Virus record (IMG/VR): IMGVR_UViG_3300035698_012504 | Coordinates: 186,694-250,693 of that record | Reading direction: 5' to 3' (one strand) | Origin: a virus | Length of the DNA stretch: 64,000 nucleotides | In this document: piece by piece, positions 1 through 8,493 of the stretch | Layout: every line of letters begins with the position of its first letter | Numbering within the stretch: position 1 is the stretch's first letter | Notes under the pieces: model-generated | Told to the model about the DNA's origin: nothing | Database searches by the model: none | The model's input: only the letters and a program-made list of their open reading frames with translations | Made by a program: the position numbers and the translations under genes

Positions 1-3000
1 GTATAGCTGCAGGATTCCGAGGCATAGCCGGGCACATTGGTGCAGCAGTAGGCGAAGCACTTAAGTTCCCAATGAAAGCTATTAATCTTGGACTAGAAGC
101 TGTAAGAGCAACCATACATGCAACGTCAAAGGCGATTGGATCAGCGCTTAATACTGGATTCAAAGCATTAGGTTATGCTGTTCAAGCAGTAGGAGAAACA
201 ATTAAAGTCGGGTGGAGAGGATTCAAAGCAGTAATAACTGCACCATTTAAATTCATTTCTAATTTTCTTAAGAAACCTTGGGAAGCAATGAAGAAAGGTG
301 TAACCAAACTTAAAGATAAATTGTTAGGTAACGAAGTTATTGGTGTGGACTCAATGGGCGAACCCATTAAAGCTAGATGGCCAGGTGCAATAATTAGACA
401 CCTAGTAGGAATAAAACGTAATACAAGTGCGATGGCTGCACACTTCAGTGGTAAAGAAGAAGGAAGTGACGAAGCGCAAGAACAAAGTAGGTACCGTGGA
501 ATATGGGATAGGATTAAAAAGAAGAGAGAGAAGAAAGATGAGAAAGGTGGAGGCGGTGGAATGGGCGGCGGAGTATTTGGCGGCATGCTAGGAGGCATAG
601 GTCCCAAATTATTAGCTGGACTTATTCCGATGATAATTGCTGGAGCAATAACCGGAGATGTTAAGACAGCAATGTTTGCTGGTGGTGGAGGAATGATAGG
701 TGGAATCCTCGGTGGTATTATTGGAATGGCAGGAGGACCTGTTGGTTCTGTTGCTGGGTTTGCAGTAGGTACAGCATTAGGTGGCCTTCTTGGAGGATTT
801 GTAGTTAAACCATTATCTGAAGTATTAGGTGAACATCCTATAATGGGTGGAGTAAGCCTAGGTGTTGGTGCAGCTGTTGGTGCTGTCCTTGGTGGATTCC
901 TAGGATCAGCCGTACCAGTACTTGGTACCATATGGGGTGTTGGTATTGGTGCAGCTTTAGGTGGAGCTATAACAGGATTCGCTATACCAAAATTAGCAGA
1001 TGCATTTGGACCAGAGGTCCCAGCAATGGCTGGAACTGGAGCAGTACTCGGTGGTATCCTAGGTGGTATGCTTGCTGCTCCTACGCTTGCAGGAATCCCA
1101 TTTGGTATAGCTGCTGGTGCTGCCATTGGTGGTGCAGTAGGTACAGTCGTAGGAATTTCAGGTGGGTTCTTTGGAAACATGGCAGAAAAATTAGGACTTC
1201 CGAGAGAGATAGGTAGTGGTGCTGGTATGGGTGCAGCAGCCGGAGCAATACTTGGTGGAATAGTTGGAACTGCAATGGGTGGTCCAATTGGATTACCTAT
1301 AGGTCTCGGACTTGGTGCTGCTCTTGGACTAGCAGTTGGAGCTATCGCTGGCGGTGCTGTATGGACTATTAAAAAAATGATAGGTGTATTTGGCGGTGAC
1401 GATAAAGACATGGCTAAGGGTGGATTTGCATCTGGTGCTATGAATTCTACCTCAGCAATGGCAACCGGAGCATTAGTCGGTACTATTTTAGGTTTCATGA
1501 TGGGTGGTCCAGCAGGTGCTGGAATAGGTGCAGCAGCAGGTGCAGCAGCAGGACCTATGATTATGTTAGCTATGTCTGCAGCAAAGACTGCTAAAGAATT
1601 AAAGGCAGCAAGTGAAAGCGAGAAGAGACTTACACAGAATCAAAAAGCGGTTAGATCCATGGGTGGGGTGATGGCTGGAAAAGAAAAAGGAAAACTTGAA
1701 CGCCTAGATTCTAAGGCCGCCGAAGCAATAGAGTCTGAAGAATCTCAAGGAAAAAGAAAAGAAGAAGCTGGTCGCCTTTATAGGCAAGAATTAAGAAATA
1801 CAAAGACAGAAATGGATTCCTCAAATTCCTCAGTATTTACTGGTTGGAGAGAGAGCTCTGTATACCAACAAAGAAAATCAAAATTAGCAGAGTTGAAAAC
1901 AGATGAAGGAAAAGAGAAAAGACTCAAACAACTCGAAAGAGAAATTAAAGAGAAAGAAAGAAAACGAGCGTTAGAGGGAATGGGTCAGGGTATTGATTAC
2001 GGTAGTATGTCACCCGAAGAAAAAATAAAAAATATATCTGAACTACTTGAAGCTGCAAAAAAAGAAGGGAACCCAGACAAAGTAAGACAGTTGGAAATGA
2101 GATTAAAAAATACGAAGCTGCTGAAGGAAAGAGAAGATAATAAAATGGGTGCAGCCCCACCAAAATTCCACTCAGGTGGAATCGTAGAAGGACAACCTGG
2201 AAAAGATGTTCCTGCTATATTAAAAGCAGGAGAAGCAGTCTTAACTGAAAAGCAACAGGCTGCCATCGGAGATTTCTCTCACCCAGATAATAAAGATTGG
2301 ATGAAATCTAAATCCCTATCTAAGTCTATGGACTTAAGTGAAGACGATATGATGAAGAAAGTTATAGCAACTACTCCTCTTGGTTGGGCTATTAATAACT
2401 GGGAAAAAGTAGACGAAGGGTTAACTAAAGCTGTATTTGATTGGGTTAATAGACCATCAGATACAGATACAATGGCTGATAAGATATCCAATGCTGTCTC
2501 TAGTTCAATTAGTAATGTGGCGGGATCAGCTCAACGAGGACAGCAGGCTGGAGCAAAGGCTGGAAGATCAGTAGGTGGAGCAATTGGTGGCGGCTTTGGT
2601 AAAAAAGCAGGCGGGGCAATTGGTGGTGCTCTTGGTAAGGTAGCTGGTGGCGCTACTGGATTGTTAGATGAAGCTACTGGTGGGGCCATTGGTATGACTC
2701 CAGGAAGCGATTACTTTGATGAGCAAAAGAGAAGTATATCTGATTCCTTTATGCAAGACAATGCTCCTGCTGGCGGCGATGCAGAAGTTAATAATAAGAC
2801 AGCATCAATAGGTGCAGCTTCTATATCAAATGGTATTGCATTTCCATCAGATCATAAATATATTACTTCTCCATGGGGTCCTAGATCTGTTAGAGGTGGA
2901 AGTAGTTATCATAAAGCTGTAGACATTAGAGCTAAGACAGGCGATCCTATTTATGCTTCTATGGGTGGAGTAGTAGTAGATGCTGGTGGAAAATATGGCG

Positions 3001-3602
3001 GTGTGGTTATAGATCATGGAGGCGGATTAAAAACTAGATACCTTCATATGTCTAGTATAAATGTCGGACCAGGCCAGCAGATATCTACCGGGCAAGTTAT
3101 AGGAATGGCAGGCGGTCGTGGACCAAGTGGACCAAATTCATACCCATCTCACTTACACTATGAGATATCAAAAGACGGAGTTAAATATGATCCAGAAAAT
3201 TTCTTAAGTAAATCTGGATTTGCAATGACTGGTCTTACAAACAGAGACCCAGGACAGTTCCTAACATTCCCAGAAAATGCAGCAGTAGGTGGAATAGAAG
3301 ATCCTCCAAGTGCTAGTATAAACCAATCAATACCTACTAGAGATAGATCAGCCCTAGTAGATAATAGTGTGAGCTATGATTTAGCAAGAGATCAAGGAAC
3401 CGGAAATGCAGTTGAGAAAGGCATGGCTGGTGTAGGAGAAACAATGAAGAAAAGTCAAGAGCAAGGATTAATAGTAATAAATAATATGGTATCATCTATT
3501 AATTCTATGGCTAGTAGTTTAGCGGGTGGTGGTGGAAATAGTGATAAGTTTGATGAAGGTGCAGATCCTGATCTACATGCAATATTAACAGGTAACTTAT
3601 AG
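1..3602 (+). CDS. Tape-measure-like virion protein with C-terminal M23 (lysostaphin-type) metallopeptidase domain; 5'-partial, reading frame open to the window edge
   Basis: No stop codon between position 3 and the ATG at 72 in frame 3. Gly-rich hydrophobic segments and a Lys/Glu-rich coiled coil are present. M23 motifs read HKAVDIRA...DHGGG...SHLHYE. Confidence 0.75.
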   Translation, partial: IAAGFRGIAGHIGAAVGEALKFPMKAINLGLEAVRATIHATSKAIGSALNTGFKALGYAVQAVGETIKVGWRGFKAVITAPFKFISNFLKKPWEAMKKGVTKLKDKLLGNEVIGVDSMGEPIKARWPGAIIRHLVGIKRNTSAMAAHFSGKEEGSDEAQEQSRYRGIWDRIKKKREKKDEKGGGGGMGGGVFGGMLGGIGPKLLAGLIPMIIAGAITGDVKTAMFAGGGGMIGGILGGIIGMAGGPVGSVAGFAVGTALGGLLGGFVVKPLSEVLGEHPIMGGVSLGVGAAVGAVLGGFLGSAVPVLGTIWGVGIGAALGGAITGFAIPKLADAFGPEVPAMAGTGAVLGGILGGMLAAPTLAGIPFGIAAGAAIGGAVGTVVGISGGFFGNMAEKLGLPREIGSGAGMGAAAGAILGGIVGTAMGGPIGLPIGLGLGAALGLAVGAIAGGAVWTIKKMIGVFGGDDKDMAKGGFASGAMNSTSAMATGALVGTILGFMMGGPAGAGIGAAAGAAAGPMIMLAMSAAKTAKELKAASESEKRLTQNQKAVRSMGGVMAGKEKGKLERLDSKAAEAIESEESQGKRKEEAGRLYRQELRNTKTEMDSSNSSVFTGWRESSVYQQRKSKLAELKTDEGKEKRLKQLEREIKEKERKRALEGMGQGIDYGSMSPEEKIKNISELLEAAKKEGNPDKVRQLEMRLKNTKLLKEREDNKMGAAPPKFHSGGIVEGQPGKDVPAILKAGEAVLTEKQQAAIGDFSHPDNKDWMKSKSLSKSMDLSEDDMMKKVIATTPLGWAINNWEKVDEGLTKAVFDWVNRPSDTDTMADKISNAVSSSISNVAGSAQRGQQAGAKAGRSVGGAIGGGFGKKAGGAIGGALGKVAGGATGLLDEATGGAIGMTPGSDYFDEQKRSISDSFMQDNAPAGGDAEVNNKTASIGAASISNGIAFPSDHKYITSPWGPRSVRGGSSYHKAVDIRAKTGDPIYASMGGVVVDAGGKYGGVVIDHGGGLKTRYLHMSSINVGPGQQISTGQVIGMAGGRGPSGPNSYPSHLHYEISKDGVKYDPENFLSKSGFAMTGLTNRDPGQFLTFPENAAVGGIEDPPSASINQSIPTRDRSALVDNSVSYDLARDQGTGNAVEKGMAGVGETMKKSQEQGLIVINNMVSSINSMASSLAGGGGNSDKFDEGADPDLHAILTGNL

Positions 3603-3613
3603 GAGATAACAGA

Positions 3614-6136
3614 ATGCCAATAGGTGATTATGATATAAATTCTGGATCGTTTGAGGGAATTACAGGTGCAGATAAAGGACCGGGATTGTCTCCTGCAATG
3701 AATGTACCAGAATCGGCAGGCTCTGGACAGAACCAACTAATAGAAAATACTAGCAAAGAGAGTGCGGCAGGGATTATCGGACTCCCTCCTCAGGCCTCAT
3801 ATAATGTTGGTCCTAATACTGGAGGAGGAGGATCGACTCCTGATATATCTGGATTAATGGAGGGTATGGTATTAAATACTATGCCTGTCTTAGATATTCA
3901 TCCCATGCTTCCTGTATTTTCGAAGTCTAGTGGAGCACAAGCAGGCGCTACATTATACGGATTAAAAGATGCGGGTGCGGATTATAAAAAGATATTAACT
4001 AAGTGCGGGATAGAAGGTGCCGGGGTTAAGATACCTATACAAGTTGCATTTTTAAATGACGTATCTATATCAGAATCATTCAGTGTAGACTTTGGAGAAT
4101 CTTCTTTTGAGAGTATGGGTAATATGGCTTCTCAAAAACTTCAGGAGTTACGATTTGTAACTGGTGAAAAAGAATCAGGGAATGCATTGTCTCAAATTGG
4201 AGAAGATGGAAAAGGAGTGATGGGTGCTTTAAGTAAGTTTGGATTAGGTGCAGCTGGCGGGATTATGAACATGGCTAGTGGTGGGTTAAATGAACTAAAG
4301 GAAGGACTAGGTAATATTCTTGAGGGAGACAAGGTAGACTTTCCAAAAATATGGAAAGGTGTATCTTATACTCCATCTTATTCTGTTACCGTAAGATTAT
4401 ATAATCCCTATCCGAATGATATGACTGCCCATGAGGATAATATAGTTATTCCTGTTGCTAGACTACTAGCAATGGTTGTACCAACATCATCTTCAAACTT
4501 TACATACAGTTATCCTTTAATGTGTAAAGTAACTTGTCCTGGATTGTTTCATATAGATGCAGGATACATATCTGGAATAGATGTTATTAAAGGTGGGGAA
4601 AGTAATGATATTTCTTTTGATCAAAGAGCAGGAAGTGTAGATCTAAAAGTAACATTTCAAGAAGTATATAGTGTAATAATGTCTATGCAAGAAGGAGACA
4701 CTATTGATCCGTTGAGACCAACCTTTGCAAAATATATAGATACTTTAAGAAAGAGTACTACTCCACCAGATATAAAACGTCCGAATGGTAGCAGTAGTTC
4801 TACAAATAAAGGTATCAATTTAATGGATGATTTGATTCCACTCGCACCTGTGGGGGCTTCAGGATTAGACACAAGAGGATTAGAATCCCCATTAAGATTG
4901 AATGTAGATGACCTCGACTTAGGTAAACAATTATCTTTAAACAATGGATCATTCCTAGGACAGAATGAAGCACTCGGTGGAATGTTTAGTGCGACAGATA
5001 GTATAGGAGATCTATTTAACTCTGCGGGAGACCTAGGAGGATTAGGAGATTTAGGAGGACTAGGAGATCTAGGACAGCTTGGGGGATTAGGAGATCTTGG
5101 TGGTGTAACTGATGGTATATTCTCTCCAGTTACAAGTATATTAAGTGGGGGTGGTGGTATAACAGGAAGCCTTGGAAACGCGATGGGTGGGGTTATGGGT
5201 GGACTAGATTCAGTAACAGGAGTGGCTGGCGTCGCCAGTGGTGGGTTAGGATCTCTAGTGACTGGTGGATTAGGAGGACTAACTGGAGGATTGACTGATA
5301 TCTTGGGTGGGTTGTTGGATAGCTTAGATGGATTGACTAGTTCACTTATGGGAGATGGTGTAGGAGATATGCTGACCGGATCATTAGGTGGGTTAATGGG
5401 TAACATGGATATATTGGATAATGGATTTGGCGATACATTAAGTGGAGCATTAGGTGGACTTACTGGAGGACTTAGTGCAGATGCATTTAGTCTAGACGCA
5501 TTAACTGGTAGCCTAGATGGAGATCTATCAGGTAAATTACAAGAAGCTACTAATCTTCTTAGTGGAGTAAGTGGATCTAATCCATTAACGGCGGTTTTAA
5601 ATTCTAATATATCTGGATTGGCCGATGCCGAAGGATTAATGTCGACCATTACATCCTTAAGTGGAGGTATAACAACTGACTTATCTAGTCTTATAGAAGA
5701 TCCAATAAGCAATGCTGGATTAGATTCTAGTATATTGGATAACTTAGATGAATGTATAAGCAAATCTATAGACGTTGAATCATTCTTTGGTGGTATGGAA
5801 ACAGATATGGATTGGGTTGATAAACAAATGCCGGAGATGTTTACATTCGACAATGCTAATTATGCAGACTTATTACCTATTGCTCCGGGCGCTGCTGCCC
5901 CTGCATTACCACCCATATTCTTTACAGATTTAGCAGCGTCCGCAACATCACCAACATATTATACTGGCGCTGGAAAGGTGGATGCTGATGATATGCTAGC
6001 AATATGCGGAGCAACATCAATTATTAAAGAAGCTGGAGAGATAGCAGGTACAATGAAAGATACAATGACTGTTGCGAATGCATCCTTCGGGGTTGCAAAA
6101 AATGAAGTTAGCTTTTGGAACGGCGAGAGCGTATAG
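3614..6136 (+). CDS. Virion structural protein with Gly/Leu/Asp-rich tandem hexapeptide (DLGGLG) repeats
   Basis: 840-aa ORF with an RBS-like GGAGATAACAGA before the ATG. The protein contains (G)DLGGLGDLGGLGDLGQLGGLGDLGG and many GGL/TGGL repeats. Confidence 0.5.
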   Translation: MPIGDYDINSGSFEGITGADKGPGLSPAMNVPESAGSGQNQLIENTSKESAAGIIGLPPQASYNVGPNTGGGGSTPDISGLMEGMVLNTMPVLDIHPMLPVFSKSSGAQAGATLYGLKDAGADYKKILTKCGIEGAGVKIPIQVAFLNDVSISESFSVDFGESSFESMGNMASQKLQELRFVTGEKESGNALSQIGEDGKGVMGALSKFGLGAAGGIMNMASGGLNELKEGLGNILEGDKVDFPKIWKGVSYTPSYSVTVRLYNPYPNDMTAHEDNIVIPVARLLAMVVPTSSSNFTYSYPLMCKVTCPGLFHIDAGYISGIDVIKGGESNDISFDQRAGSVDLKVTFQEVYSVIMSMQEGDTIDPLRPTFAKYIDTLRKSTTPPDIKRPNGSSSSTNKGINLMDDLIPLAPVGASGLDTRGLESPLRLNVDDLDLGKQLSLNNGSFLGQNEALGGMFSATDSIGDLFNSAGDLGGLGDLGGLGDLGQLGGLGDLGGVTDGIFSPVTSILSGGGGITGSLGNAMGGVMGGLDSVTGVAGVASGGLGSLVTGGLGGLTGGLTDILGGLLDSLDGLTSSLMGDGVGDMLTGSLGGLMGNMDILDNGFGDTLSGALGGLTGGLSADAFSLDALTGSLDGDLSGKLQEATNLLSGVSGSNPLTAVLNSNISGLADAEGLMSTITSLSGGITTDLSSLIEDPISNAGLDSSILDNLDECISKSIDVESFFGGMETDMDWVDKQMPEMFTFDNANYADLLPIAPGAAAPALPPIFFTDLAASATSPTYYTGAGKVDADDMLAICGATSIIKEAGEIAGTMKDTMTVANASFGVAKNEVSFWNGESV
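5030..5110 (+). repeat. Tandem 18-nt repeats (gga gat cta gga gga cta) encoding GDLGGL units
   Basis: ggagacctaggaggattaggagatttaggaggactaggagatctaggacagcttgggggattaggagatcttggtggt. Confidence 0.6.
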
Positions 6137-6147
6137 GAAGGAATAAA

Positions 6148-7416
6148 ATGACAGCAAATTATTATGTAGATATAGAGGCCCTTTCTGAACTAGAAGATCT
6201 ATCTAGTTTAGGACAGCTTGGAGAATTAGCATCCCTTGGAGAGCTAGGTAAGCTGGGAGATATTACAGGGATAAGTGAGATGTATAATCTTTACAGATTG
6301 GAAGAACTATCTGCTCTAAGTCAATTAGAACAGCTTGGAGAGCTAGGACAATTAAGTAGATTAAATAATCTTGGGAATAATATTGATATAAAAAGACTCG
6401 CTGATCTAGGAACATTGGGTTACCTTGGTGATCTTGGAGATATGGGAGATGAGTTGTGGGATCTTAGCAAACATAGAACTGACGTTAACGTTGGAGATCT
6501 ATCAAACCTAAATGAATTAGCTGACTTAGTCTCATTAAAAAATTTAGAAAATCTTGAGGTTCTTGGAGTACTTGGAACATTATCAGCATATGAATTTCCA
6601 ACTCTCAATGATGCATCAACATTAAGACTTAAACAAAGTCTAGGGTATCTAATAAATTTATCTAACCTTGGTAAGCTAGGAAACTTATGGAAGTTATCAA
6701 AACTATCAAGACTATCGACACTAGGTGAAAGTGTAACGTATGGAAATTTACATGATCTGCTTTCTGGATTTAGAAGTTTGATGATATCTATATTAGGATA
6801 TATAGATGAGTTGGAAAGAGAAATTGATGGCGGGGTTAATTCTACTACAGTGATAGGGTTACTATCCAATATGACAAATTCAATCAATGGGAATGAACCA
6901 AATATATTTGGAGTAGAAGAGTTAGGAATCTATAGTGTTAATGAAAACACAGGAGTCCATTCATATACTGGGATGGTATATAATCTTTTACAATCGATAG
7001 ACATTTATATAAAAATACTATCTTCTCATATTCCAAAGATTAGTAATATAACTAGTTTCCCAGCAGATATTCCCAGAGGGTTAGATAATATTAATGCTGG
7101 AAATATAGAAAAATTGAAGAACATAAAAAATGCAGATCTAACAGCACCTCTTGGAACTATGTATAGATCTGTACAATCAGAAGTATCGGATCTGTCTGAA
7201 AAAATTACAACATTCCAGTCAGTTATATTAGAAGGTGTCTCCGAAATAGAATTAATTATTTCTACATCCCCCACCCCAGAACGGATTCAATCTAAAATAG
7301 ATATTATGAAACTAACGATAAACGATTCGTTTCTACGAAAATTTGAGGCTACTGTGTCAAATTTATCTGACACAATAGCCGGGGAACTAAGTACGTTTGT
7401 TAATTATCTTAAATAA
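6148..7416 (+). CDS. Repeat-containing protein (LGELG / LSxLxxLG short leucine-rich repeats), probably structural
   Basis: ORF in the track. I chose the ATG at 6148 as start because a purine-rich stretch precedes it. The N-terminal half consists of L-G/S-x-L-x-x-L-G repeats. Confidence 0.4.
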   Translation: MTANYYVDIEALSELEDLSSLGQLGELASLGELGKLGDITGISEMYNLYRLEELSALSQLEQLGELGQLSRLNNLGNNIDIKRLADLGTLGYLGDLGDMGDELWDLSKHRTDVNVGDLSNLNELADLVSLKNLENLEVLGVLGTLSAYEFPTLNDASTLRLKQSLGYLINLSNLGKLGNLWKLSKLSRLSTLGESVTYGNLHDLLSGFRSLMISILGYIDELEREIDGGVNSTTVIGLLSNMTNSINGNEPNIFGVEELGIYSVNENTGVHSYTGMVYNLLQSIDIYIKILSSHIPKISNITSFPADIPRGLDNINAGNIEKLKNIKNADLTAPLGTMYRSVQSEVSDLSEKITTFQSVILEGVSEIELIISTSPTPERIQSKIDIMKLTINDSFLRKFEATVSNLSDTIAGELSTFVNYLK

Positions 7417-8493
7417 TTATACACATATTTTTGACCTCATGAACATAGTAATATAATGACAGAAGAACATATTCAATTGAGAAGAATTTAACTTCTTTAA
7501 TTGATATCCCATTTCTGTTTCATAGAGGACCTTTAGTATTTCTTTTCTCACCTCGTAGTTAACAACCTTTACTTTTGATTCTATTTTTCTAACCAGAGAA
7601 TTTCTCTTATTCTCTAAACAAACATCCTTTGGATTTCTTATTCTACAAATCAAAATCAAAATAAATTTGATTTTATCTCTATAGGCAACAGATGATAATT
7701 CAGATATTAACGGGACGCAAGTCTCTTTTTTTAATCCACTCATTGATATGGCCTTCAATAATGCTATCTTATCTATCTGCTCATATGTACACATAACAGT
7801 ACTCAATTTATCTGCTAGTCTTTCAATAACCTCTCCTTCTTCTTCTCCATCAGACGATGTAATACCTTTAACATTAGACTCATATAATTCATAATAAAGA
7901 TTGGCAAACGATCTCATCGATTGTTCTATTCTACTTCTTAATGCATATACAAAATCAAATATTTGTTTATCGGTTGTAGCCTTTAATAGTTTAGGATATA
8001 TCTTTGCAAATTCTGCATCAGATATAAATGTAACAGCATTAGGAACACCTTTATGTACCTTAAATAAATGACGAGGGGAAACTTGATTCAATGCTAACTC
8101 CCATAAATCATTCCTACAAAACTCTGGAAAGTATTTATGAACCAAGTGACTGTATTGTTTTACAGCTAGGAACTTGTAAATTAAATTTACAAAGTTCTTA
8201 TTATTTTTGTTAGTATAATGTATTATACAAATGTAAAGAAATACATTAAAGCTATCATTAAATATAGCAAACTTTTTAAACTCAGGACTCATAAACTTTT
8301 TGAATTCTTTTATTTGTTTAGCATCAAAGTTTGTTGTCTTATGTAGATCTCTCCAGTATTTAATAAATTTTGGGAAGTAACATGGCCCAGATATGTTAGA
8401 CACTTCGAAAGCGACTATCTTTGATAACTGTCTATAGAATTTACTGTCATCAGAATTGCTCATATTGAGACCGAACTTGCTCATATTTTCCAT
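7417..8493 (-). CDS. Hypothetical protein (last gene of the minus-strand baseplate module)
   Basis: 358-aa ORF. Its start overlaps the stop of the upstream gene by 1 nt, which suggests an operon. Confidence 0.4.
   Translation of the reverse strand: MENMSKFGLNMSNSDDSKFYRQLSKIVAFEVSNISGPCYFPKFIKYWRDLHKTTNFDAKQIKEFKKFMSPEFKKFAIFNDSFNVFLYICIIHYTNKNNKNFVNLIYKFLAVKQYSHLVHKYFPEFCRNDLWELALNQVSPRHLFKVHKGVPNAVTFISDAEFAKIYPKLLKATTDKQIFDFVYALRSRIEQSMRSFANLYYELYESNVKGITSSDGEEEGEVIERLADKLSTVMCTYEQIDKIALLKAISMSGLKKETCVPLISELSSVAYRDKIKFILILICRIRNPKDVCLENKRNSLVRKIESKVKVVNYEVRKEILKVLYETEMGYQLKKLNSSQLNMFFCHYITMFMRSKICV

Noticed and set aside
182-1498. 438-aa Pro-rich ORF on the minus strand
   Set aside because: It is the antisense reading of the Gly-rich (GGN-repeat) coding region of the tape-measure-like gene. 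Pro codons (CCN) are the complement of GGN, and it is wholly contained in the better-supported + strand ORF.
4657-5853. 398-aa Pro/Ser-rich minus-strand ORF
   Set aside because: Same artefact: antisense to the Gly/Leu repeat region of 3614..6136.
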